The notes beneath the pieces were generated by a model. It was not told where the DNA came from. It ran no database searches and was given only the letters and a program-made list of their open reading frames with translations. A program made the translations under genes and the position numbers. From Ignicoccus hospitalis KIN4/I (GTDB lineage Archaea; Thermoproteota; Thermoprotei_A; Sulfolobales; Ignicoccaceae), in the NCBI RefSeq assembly GCF_000017945.1, contig NC_009776.1, positions 900,001 through 932,000 of the forward strand: 32,000 nt of DNA, written 5' to 3'. This document shows, in pieces, positions 24,882 to 32,000 of the stretch; positions within the stretch are counted from its first letter, which is position 1; each line of letters opens with the position of its first letter.

Positions 24882-25655
24882 CCCCCCGTCCACTTGCAAG
24901 GAGACCCCGTTCACGTAAGAGGCGGCCTCGGAGGCTAGGAACACCACAGCCCTAGCCACCTCCTCCGGCTCCGCCAGCCTCTTGAGGGGTATAGCGTCGC
25001 TCAGCTCCCTGAGGGCTTCCTCGTAGCTCTTCCCCTCCATTTCCGCCTTCTTCTTGATGACCTCCTTAACCCTCTCGGTGAGGGTGTAGCCGGGGAGGAC
25101 GGAGTTGAACGTAATCCCCTTCCCGGCGTACTCCTTAACCAAGGTCTTCATTAAGCCCGCTATCCCGACCCTAACCGCGTTGGAGAGCACCAAGCCCTCC
25201 AAGGGCATCTTTATGGCCACGCTAGTTATGTAAACTACCCTCCCCCACCCCCTCTCTACCATCTCCGGGAGGACCAGCTTGGTCAAGTGGGCGGCACTCT
25301 CCAGCAAGAGCTTATACGCTTCTTCCCAGTCCTCCAAGGTCGTCTCCTCGAAGGCCTTGGCAGGGGGGCCGCCGGAGTTGAAGACGAAGACGTCCACCCC
25401 GCCGAGGGCCTTCCTGGCCTCCCCCACCAGCCTCTCCCTGTCCTCCTTGGACCTCAAGTCCGCCGTAGTCCCCCGGACCTCGCCCAAGGGGGAGAGCTCC
25501 TCCAAGGCTCTTTTGACGTTCTCCTCCCTCCTGGAGCTTATGAACACCTTCGCGCCCTCCTTTAGGAACTCCCTCGCCACAGCGAGGCCTATGCCCTTAG
25601 TGGAGGCCGTGACCAAGACCCTCTTGCCCGCCAGCCCCAAGTCCACGGGGGGCAC
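24861..25655 (-). CDS. Short-chain dehydrogenase/reductase
   Basis: KRVLVTASTKGIGLAVAREFLKEGAKV (TGxxxGIG-like), VFVFNSGG, LLPEM..GWGRVVYITSVA, C-terminal ASYVNGVSLQVDGG. Confidence 0.92.
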   Translation of the reverse strand: MPPVDLGLAGKRVLVTASTKGIGLAVAREFLKEGAKVFISSRREENVKRALEELSPLGEVRGTTADLRSKEDRERLVGEARKALGGVDVFVFNSGGPPAKAFEETTLEDWEEAYKLLLESAAHLTKLVLPEMVERGWGRVVYITSVAIKMPLEGLVLSNAVRVGIAGLMKTLVKEYAGKGITFNSVLPGYTLTERVKEVIKKKAEMEGKSYEEALRELSDAIPLKRLAEPEEVARAVVFLASEAASYVNGVSLQVDGGLVPTLF

Positions 25656-25658
25656 CGC

Positions 25659-26561
25659 TCACTTCAGTATAACCACCTTAGTTAAGTCCTCCGCGGCGTA
25701 GGAGCGGGGGAAGACCCTCCTAGCCTCCTCCAAGTGCCTCCTCAAGTCCTTGTACCTAGCGGAGAAGTGGACCATCAAGAGCTGCTTGACCCCGGCCCTA
25801 GCCGCTGCCGTCGCCGCGTCCTCCGCGGTGGAGTGCCCCCTGTCGTGGGCCTCCTCCTTTAACTCCTTGGTGAAGGTGGCCTCGTGGACCAATAAGTCAG
25901 CCCCCTCGGCCTCTTCCACCAGCCTCTCGCAAGGAGCCGTGTCGCCGCTGTAGACCACCTTTATCCTCTCGCCCTCGAACGTGAAGTCCTCGTACTTGAA
26001 CACCCTCCCCTCCCAGACCACGTCCTCCCCGCGCTGGAGCCTCCCCCAGAGCCTCTTGGGCAGCCCCTCCCTTTCCAACACGTCTGCCCTCACCTTCCTC
26101 TTGGAAGCGGTCTCCACCGACACGCCGAAGGCGGGGACCGTGTGATTCACTGGAAACACCTTTAACTTCAAGTTCCTATAAGTTATTTCTGCATCCCTAA
26201 GGACTTCCACTACCTTTATCGGGTAAGGGGGGTAGAAGTAAGTGAGCTCAAAGGACGAGAGGAGGAAGTCCTTCAACCCCTTGGGTCCTATCACCAGCAG
26301 CTCGTCCCTCCTGGAGGCCATGGCCATGGTCTGGAGCAGGCCCGGGAGGCCGAGGACGTGGTCCCCGTGGAGGTGGGAGACGAAGACTACCTTTATCCTC
26401 GAGAAGCTTATCTTGGCCTTCATGAGCTGGAACTGCGTCCCCTCGCCGCAGTCCAAGAGCGCCCCAACCCCTTCGTACTCGAAGTAGTGGGCTGGCAGGG
26501 CCCTCTCGGGGGCCGGGGAGGCGGCGCCGCTGCCCAGCACTACGAACCTCGCCCTCTTCAA
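25659..26561 (-). CDS. rnz: Ribonuclease Z / metallo-beta-lactamase fold (TTG 26561 start preferred over track start 26621)
   Basis: VSHLHGDHVLGLPGLLQTM, LLDCGEGTQFQL, YSGDTAPCERLVEEAEGADLLVHEATF, HSTAEDAATAAARAGVKQLLMVHFSARY. Confidence 0.92.
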   Translation of the reverse strand: MKRARFVVLGSGAASPAPERALPAHYFEYEGVGALLDCGEGTQFQLMKAKISFSRIKVVFVSHLHGDHVLGLPGLLQTMAMASRRDELLVIGPKGLKDFLLSSFELTYFYPPYPIKVVEVLRDAEITYRNLKLKVFPVNHTVPAFGVSVETASKRKVRADVLEREGLPKRLWGRLQRGEDVVWEGRVFKYEDFTFEGERIKVVYSGDTAPCERLVEEAEGADLLVHEATFTKELKEEAHDRGHSTAEDAATAAARAGVKQLLMVHFSARYKDLRRHLEEARRVFPRSYAAEDLTKVVILK

Positions 26562-26660
26562 AGCCCCTTTCCTTTGAAAGGGGGAGCGGAAGGCCCCCTT
26601 ATGGGGGATGCCCGAATGCACCTCCTCCGAGGGGTGAGGAGAAGGTAAGGAGGGGGACCC

Positions 26661-26876
26661 TTAGCACCTAAGCGCGGGCTCCAGCGCGTTCTCGGCCAAG
26701 ACGTCCGTGTTCAACACTAATGGGTCGTCAGTGCCTAGGAGGACCCTCAAGCCCTTTGAGACGAAGCACCCGAGCGGGTGAACCCCGGGCTTCAAGACTA
26801 TGATCATGTTAGAGGTGGAGCACGTCTCTATGATAACCTCCCTCTTCTTTCCTGAACGCCTTATGGAGTTCTTCAA
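26661..26876 (-). pseudogene. Adenosine/AMP deaminase family C-terminal fragment
   Basis: VIIETCSTSNMIIVLKPGVHPLGCFVSKGLRVLLGTDDPLVLNTDVLAENAL matches the ADA block CPTSN...HP...GV.V.L.TDDP..F.T.L..E. The rest of the enzyme is absent on either side. Confidence 0.65.
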
Positions 26877-26981
26877 GCGCTGAGGCCTCTGAAGGGTTGA
26901 CGTCCTGCAAGGTTTGGCGTAGAGAACCTCGCTACAGCACTACAACGCAAAGGTTTTCTATAAATAAGCTTTCGGAGGATA

Positions 26982-28511
26982 TCATACCTGCAAGACCCAA
27001 TTCAAAGCGGCTTTTAGAGCTTCTTTGTACGCATCCTCGATGTTATCAAAGGTCCTCGGTCCTTGAGGCGTCATGACGCCGTAGAGGACCGGCGGGCAGA
27101 AGCGGCCCACGTTCCTCCTTCCCCGTCCGATCAACACTTCCTTTACCGCCACGAACCTCCTGTCGCACGAGATTCTGGGCTTCCCGCCGACAAACACCGA
27201 GACCCCGCCCACGTGGTAGAGCTTCTTGCCCTTGGGATCCCCTTCTATGACCTTAAGGAGGGACCAGTCGAAGAGCGGTAACACCGCTGCCCCCTCCCTT
27301 ACGGGTACGAACCAAATGGTGGAGACCCTCCTACCCTCCTCCGCGCTCACCCTCATCCCGCCGCCACAAGTCCTCTCGCAGTACATCTCCGGAATGCCGG
27401 AGGCTAGGAGGTAGCCGTAGAAGTTGAAGTCCTCGCGTCCGGGACAAGAACACCTTATCTTAGACCGCCTCGGGAGGCCCAAGGGCCACGTGTGGATGTT
27501 GCTCCCTATCTCCTTCATCGGCCTCCTCGCCTTCCTCTTCCACTCGCTCTTTAACACGGACTTGGCTATCTCTTCTATTATCATTCCGTAATCGTTTGTG
27601 GGGATCCGCTTGAGGTACTCAGTACAGAGGTCCTTCGGGTCGCCTAGGTGCGGGACCTCCCTCCCGTCGCTGAAGTCCCCCAAGGCCTTTGGGTTGAGTT
27701 GCTCTGCTAGCTCACCCGCGCTAATCAAAAGATCTTCAACGCTCCTCAAGAGATTTTCAATAATCTTCTTGACGTCCTCACAAGAGGGTCCGGAGGGGCT
27801 TTCCCAGAACCTGCCGAAGCCGCGGGACGCGGCCTTCCCAATTCCTATTACCGTCAGGGCTGCCTTTACGCTGTTAACGAAAGCTCTCTCCAACGCTTTC
27901 GCGTAACCGCTAAGCCCGAGCCTCCGGAGGCGCCCCTCATCAATGGAATAGTAAACCTTTAGGCGAAGCGCCCCCGGGGGCAAGGGGGCCTTCGTCCCGG
28001 ACTTGTCGTCCCTCCTTATCAACGCGTGGTAGCGGTTCTTCTTGGCGTACTTCGGGTTCCAAGCGTGCTCCTTTAGGACTTCCACCTCCACCCTCAACCC
28101 GAAGAGGGACGCTACGCTCAAACACCCGAAGAGCAAGCACAAGATCGAGTGTTCCCCTATCTTTAACTTCAACTTCTTCTTTTGCCTTTTTTCTTCCTCT
28201 CTCTTCCCTTCTTCGTAAGCTTCCTTCTTCAGCTTCTTCTTTGACTTCTCCTCTTCCCTCTCCTCCCCGTAAGCTTCCCTGTAGCTCTTCGGGGCATCTA
28301 AGTAGGCGTTGAGGGCGAGGGTGAAGGCGTACCTAGCCCTCGCGAGCAGGGCTTGGGAGGTGGGCAGGCCGGTGACAACCCTCCTCCCCCTGAAGTCAGT
28401 AAAGGTCTCGCCCTTCCAGTCGCCCACCATTATGGGAGTGTAGTTGACGTAAGTCCCCAGGGGCTTCCACGGGTCAGCCAAGCTCTGGCGCACCAACTCG
28501 GTTAGGTCCAA
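26982..28511 (-). CDS. RAMP-superfamily protein, Cmr1-like (orphan)
   Basis: Cmr1-like order: NYTPIMVGD..., LLARARYAFTLAL, EHSILCLLFGCLSVASLFGLRVEV, IGIGKAASRGFGRFWES (Gly-rich loop), later HTWPLGLPRR. 35 aa Lys/Glu insertion inside the first domain. Confidence 0.65.
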   Translation of the reverse strand: MDLTELVRQSLADPWKPLGTYVNYTPIMVGDWKGETFTDFRGRRVVTGLPTSQALLARARYAFTLALNAYLDAPKSYREAYGEEREEEKSKKKLKKEAYEEGKREEEKRQKKKLKLKIGEHSILCLLFGCLSVASLFGLRVEVEVLKEHAWNPKYAKKNRYHALIRRDDKSGTKAPLPPGALRLKVYYSIDEGRLRRLGLSGYAKALERAFVNSVKAALTVIGIGKAASRGFGRFWESPSGPSCEDVKKIIENLLRSVEDLLISAGELAEQLNPKALGDFSDGREVPHLGDPKDLCTEYLKRIPTNDYGMIIEEIAKSVLKSEWKRKARRPMKEIGSNIHTWPLGLPRRSKIRCSCPGREDFNFYGYLLASGIPEMYCERTCGGGMRVSAEEGRRVSTIWFVPVREGAAVLPLFDWSLLKVIEGDPKGKKLYHVGGVSVFVGGKPRISCDRRFVAVKEVLIGRGRRNVGRFCPPVLYGVMTPQGPRTFDNIEDAYKEALKAALNWVLQV

Positions 28512-28544
28512 AACGCGCGCCCCCTAGCTTCTCTACCTCGTGCT

Positions 28545-29225
28545 TTAATAGCCCTCGCCGTCACAGAACTCCTCCAACACCTTCTTAATTATTAAGCTTG
28601 AAGAGCAGAGGCCGCCGGGTATGCACCTCTTCTCCTTCATCCTCACCACTTCCACCTCCAGCCCCCTCTTCCTCAGCTCCTCCTTCAGCTCCTCCTCGTC
28701 CCACGTCTGGTCGGGGCCCAAGAAGATGACGTCCGGCTTGAGCTTGACTACGGTCTCTATCGGGTCCTCCCCGCCCACGTAAGCCTCCTTGACGTACTTC
28801 AAGCTGCCCACCACGTACCTCCTCTGCTCTTGGGGCACCACCGGCCCCCTCCCCTTCAGCCTCTTCACGGTCTCGTCCCTAGCGACCACAACTATGACGT
28901 CGCCGAGCTTGGAGGCCTCCTTCAACAGCTCCACGTGTCCGGGGTGCACGATGTCGAAGGTCCCGCCGACGAAGACCCTCTTCCTCCTCTCCCTCTTCCA
29001 CTCGAACTCGGCCTTTCCTATCATCCTTAAGGCGTCTAACAAGCCCTCGGCGTAGGAAGCCGTCACCAGCGCGGTCTCGCAGTCTCCGGAGTTCAAGTAG
29101 TACTCGGTGTCCTCCACGTACCTCTTGGCTAGGTCCACCACCTCGCTCGCTTCGGGAGAATACTTAATATTGCTAATTACTCCCTTCAGGTTGTTCAAAT
29201 ACTTCGCGGCCCTCTCGCAGCTCAA
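28545..29225 (-). CDS. Archaeal FAD synthetase-like nucleotidyltransferase (RibL type) with N-terminal DUF357-like helical domain
   Basis: KRVFVGGTFDIVHPGHVELLKEASKLGDVIVVVARDETVKRLKGRGPVVPQEQR; VLGPD-like IFLGPDQTWDEEELKEELRKRG; N-terminal YSPEASEVVDLAKRYVEDTEYYLNSGDCETALVTASYAEGLLDAL. Confidence 0.88.
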   Translation of the reverse strand: MSCERAAKYLNNLKGVISNIKYSPEASEVVDLAKRYVEDTEYYLNSGDCETALVTASYAEGLLDALRMIGKAEFEWKRERRKRVFVGGTFDIVHPGHVELLKEASKLGDVIVVVARDETVKRLKGRGPVVPQEQRRYVVGSLKYVKEAYVGGEDPIETVVKLKPDVIFLGPDQTWDEEELKEELRKRGLEVEVVRMKEKRCIPGGLCSSSLIIKKVLEEFCDGEGY

Positions 29226-29650
29226 GCTCTCTCCGAGGGGCTTGGCTGGGGAACCTTAACCGCTGAGGCCTCCGAGACCCCCTCCAGCGCCCTCAGCCGC
29301 TCCTCCACCTCCTTGGGGTCCAACTCCTTGGGCACCTCCGCGATTATCTGGCACTCGGCGCTCTCCCCCTTCTTCACGGTCTTGCAGCTGGTGGCGAGCT
29401 GGTTCACCCCCATTTCGGCTAGCTTCTCCGCTATCTCCGCCAACTTGCCCTTTTCGTCCTTGAACAACACAAATATTTCCAATATGACCTTGTCCTCGCT
29501 CACGCTGGGAAGGATGGTTATTTCACCCTTGTTGAGGTCGGCTATCATCACGACGTAGCTGCCGCCCTCTATGTTCAGCGCGTCCCTCACAGTCCTAGGT
29601 ATGGTAATCCTTCCCTTCATATCGACCTTCAACAACTCTACTAGCCTCAA
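29222..29650 (-). CDS. AbrB/SpoVT-like DNA-binding domain fused to an ACT-like domain
   Basis: LLKVDMKGRITIPRTVRDALNIEGGSYVVMIADLNKGEITILP followed by LEIFVLFKDEKGKLAEIAEKLAEMGVNQLATSCKTVKKG...CQIIAEVPKELDPKEVEERLRALEGVSEASAV. Confidence 0.8.
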   Translation of the reverse strand: MRLVELLKVDMKGRITIPRTVRDALNIEGGSYVVMIADLNKGEITILPSVSEDKVILEIFVLFKDEKGKLAEIAEKLAEMGVNQLATSCKTVKKGESAECQIIAEVPKELDPKEVEERLRALEGVSEASAVKVPQPSPSERA

Positions 29651-29695
29651 GACGGCGTTTCCCGTGGGACCGTTGTGGTCTGAGCTTCTAAAACG

Positions 29696-30103
29696 TCACT
29701 CGGGGGGCTTGGACGCCTCCTCCGAGACTTGCTCGGCCATCTCCTTTAACTCCTCAAGCTTTTCCTCGTCCAAGTAAGGAGCTACCAAGTAAACTACGTA
29801 GGGGGAGCCTTGGTAGGCGTACTTGGGGAAGGTTATGACGAAGTAAGGCACCTTCACCACCGCTACCTTCCCCTCCTTCCTCATGTCGTACTTGCTCAGC
29901 GCTTCGTACTGCTCCGGGGTCAAGGGGAGCTCGTACTCGAACTCCACGAAGTCCCCCATTATCATAAAGTCCTTGCTCTCGGGCTTCCACTCGTCCTTCA
30001 ATGCGGCTATGGCCTTCTGCCTCACCACCTCGTTCATGTCGCCCTTTATAACAACGGCGTTCGCGCCGGTCTCCGGATCGTACTTCACCAAGACTAACCT
30101 CAT
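29696..30103 (-). CDS. Conserved-looking hypothetical protein (start reassigned to ATG 30103)
   Basis: MRLVLVKYDPETGANAVVIKGDMNEVVRQKAIAAL...; the upstream 21 aa in the track ORF are low quality. Confidence 0.6.
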   Translation of the reverse strand: MRLVLVKYDPETGANAVVIKGDMNEVVRQKAIAALKDEWKPESKDFMIMGDFVEFEYELPLTPEQYEALSKYDMRKEGKVAVVKVPYFVITFPKYAYQGSPYVVYLVAPYLDEEKLEELKEMAEQVSEEASKPPE

Positions 30104-30193
30104 GGCCCCTTCCTCGAACGGGCTCGAAGGGAAGGCTTTATGGTTTGAGCGCCCCCGCAACGTCACTTAAATTTAAATGAAGTCGGAATCTCA

Positions 30194-30883
30194 GTGGGGT
30201 TCATTTTGCGCGCTCTAAAGGCAGACCTCCACGTGCATACCACCTACAGCGACGGCCTGGACCCGGTCGAGGTAGTCTTGGAGGCCGCACTGGAAAAGGG
30301 ACTTGACGTAATAGCCATAACCGATCACAACACTTTTAAGGGCAGCTTGGCGGCCTCCAAGGTTATAAAGGAAAAAGGGTTGGACTTGGTGCTCGTGTAC
30401 GGAAACGAGGTGAGGGCAAGCTACTTGGGAAAGTTAATGGACGTGCTCGTCCTCTGCCCGGAGTACCCGGGGGAGGGGTGGCCGAGGGACGCCTTGACCC
30501 TTTACGACTGGGCGGAGAAGAGGGGCTGCCTTTACGTCCCGGCCCACCCCTTCGACTCCCGGAGGTACGGCTGCGGGGAGCTGCTCTACGACTTGGAGGT
30601 CCACGCGATAGAGGTCTGGAACGCCAGAGCTCCTAGGTCGTTGAACGAAGAAGCCTTGAGGGCCGCGGAGCTCCTCGGCAAGCCCGGGATAGCTAACAGC
30701 GACGCCCACGAGGCCGAACAAGTCGCCTTGGCGCACAGCGTCCTAGAGGCCGAGCCCACCCCCGAAGGGGTCTTGGAGGCCATCTTGAAGGGGAGGGTTA
30801 GGGTGGTGAAGGGGAGCGTATCTACCATGGGCTACTTGAAGTACGTAAAGAGGAAGCTCTTAAACAAGAGGAGGCGTTACTGA
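30194..30883 (+). CDS. PHP-domain metal-dependent phosphoesterase
   Basis: LKADLHVHTTYSDGLDPVEVVLEAALEKGLDVIAITDHNTFKGS, VYGNEV, PAHPFDSRRYGCG, GIANSDAHEAEQV. Confidence 0.9.
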   Translation: MGFILRALKADLHVHTTYSDGLDPVEVVLEAALEKGLDVIAITDHNTFKGSLAASKVIKEKGLDLVLVYGNEVRASYLGKLMDVLVLCPEYPGEGWPRDALTLYDWAEKRGCLYVPAHPFDSRRYGCGELLYDLEVHAIEVWNARAPRSLNEEALRAAELLGKPGIANSDAHEAEQVALAHSVLEAEPTPEGVLEAILKGRVRVVKGSVSTMGYLKYVKRKLLNKRRRY

Positions 30884-32000
30884 AGTTCGAACTTCTCCAT
30901 CAACTTGTTCAGCATTCCCCTCTTCCTCTTTAGTTGCCTTATCATCTTCCGAGTCATCTGGTAGTGTTTGAGGAGCTCCTCCACGTCCTTAACGCTCGTG
31001 CCGGAGCCTATGGCTATTCTCCTCATCCTGGACCTGTCTATAATGTTAGGCTTCTCGAGCTCCTCCAAGGTCATGGAGTTCAGTATCGCGAGCCACTTGT
31101 CGAGGACCTTGTCGTCCACTTGTCCTAGGACCTTGTCGTTGAGCGCCAACCCCACCCCCGGGAGCATCTGGAGCAGCTTCTTGAGAGACCCCATCTTCTT
31201 AACTGACACTATTTGGTAGTAGAGGTCCTTCAAGGTTATGTCTCCCTTCTCCAGCACCTTCTGGCTTATCTCCTCCAGCTTGTCGGCCTCTTCCAAGCCC
31301 TTGAGCCTCTCCAGCAGCCCCTCCAGGTCGCCCAGCCCCAGTATTCTTGCGACGAACTTCTTGGGCTTGAACGGTTCCAACTCCTCCAGCTTCTCTCCGG
31401 TGCCCACGAACTTTATGGTGGCCCCCGTGACCGCGACCGCGGAGAGCGCGCCCCCGCCCTTCGCCGTTCCGTCCAGCTTCGTTACCACTATGGACCCTAT
31501 AGGCGTGGTCTTGTGGAAGGCCTCCGCCAACGCCTTCGCTTGCTGACCTATGCTGGCGTCTATAACCAACATGACCTCGTCAGGCTTTATTGCCTCGCTC
31601 ATCTCCTTCATCTCCTTGAGGAGTTCCGCCTCGTTCTTGTGCCTCCCCGCGGTGTCAACTATTATTATTTCAGCGCCTTGGGACTTGGCCCACTCCACCC
31701 CCCTCTTCGCTATGCCAACCGCGTCGTCCCCGGGCTCGGTGTAAAACAAAACCTTCGCCCTCTCGGCGAGCTGGCGGAGCTGGTCCTTCGCCCCCGGCCT
31801 GTAGGTGTCTGCGGCCACCAAGGCGACGCGGTAACCCCTGACCTTGTAGAACCTAGCTAGCTTGCCGGCGGTAGTGGTCTTCCCGCTTCCTTGGACGCCG
31901 ACCATCATTATGACCCACGGCACCTTAGGGGGCTTCAGCTCGGGCTCCTTGTCGCCCCCGAACAAGTTGGCCAGCTCTTCGTAGACTATCTTTACGAACC
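30877..32000 (-). CDS. srp54: Signal recognition particle 54 kDa GTPase (SRP54/Ffh), truncated by the window edge
   Basis: [64 protein letters not shown]-domain. Frame continues to the edge as [20 protein letters not shown], so the track start at TTG 31965 is an artefact. Confidence 0.96.
   Translation of the reverse strand, partial: FVKIVYEELANLFGGDKEPELKPPKVPWVIMMVGVQGSGKTTTAGKLARFYKVRGYRVALVAADTYRPGAKDQLRQLAERAKVLFYTEPGDDAVGIAKRGVEWAKSQGAEIIIVDTAGRHKNEAELLKEMKEMSEAIKPDEVMLVIDASIGQQAKALAEAFHKTTPIGSIVVTKLDGTAKGGGALSAVAVTGATIKFVGTGEKLEELEPFKPKKFVARILGLGDLEGLLERLKGLEEADKLEEISQKVLEKGDITLKDLYYQIVSVKKMGSLKKLLQMLPGVGLALNDKVLGQVDDKVLDKWLAILNSMTLEELEKPNIIDRSRMRRIAIGSGTSVKDVEELLKHYQMTRKMIRQLKRKRGMLNKLMEKFELQ

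Noticed and set aside
1-32000. tRNA, rRNA, IS element or integrated virus in the window
   Set aside because: By eye I found no convincing tRNA T-loop/acceptor pairing, no rRNA segment, no transposase or integrase motif and no terminal inverted repeats. A tRNAscan/Infernal run would be decisive, especially for intron-containing archaeal tRNAs.

Overview
Dense, high-GC archaeal chromosome segment, inferred to be a hyperthermophilic crenarchaeon of Ignicoccus/Desulfurococcales type. The inference rests on archaeal eS30, SRP54, ileS and AOR, on GTG/TTG starts, and on the CRISPR repeat type. Most of the window is housekeeping or metabolic: a type IV filament ATPase with a platform protein split over two ORFs, MFS, eS30 (missed by the ORF track), MazG-like, IleS, a HemK-like methyltransferase, peptide-ABC permeases plus a binding protein, a stand-alone RAM domain protein, a DsbA-like thioredoxin, AOR, ThrC, SDR, RNase Z, an archaeal FAD synthetase-like protein, AbrB, PHP and SRP54. 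The accessory centre (about 13.0-20 kb) has a decayed-looking small-ORF cluster, a structured intergenic region, a 7-repeat cas-less CRISPR array with asymmetric repeat decay, a membrane-anchored protein with 20 DxDxDG repeats and a LamG-type exported protein. A second odd spot (26.6-28.5 kb) has a C-terminal adenosine-deaminase-like fragment next to an orphan Cmr1/RAMP-like protein. I see no complete new system. The strongest leads are the single-stop split platform gene, the orphan RAMP protein plus cas-less array, the repeat/LamG surface pair, and two candidate homopolymer frameshifts. No database searches were run.
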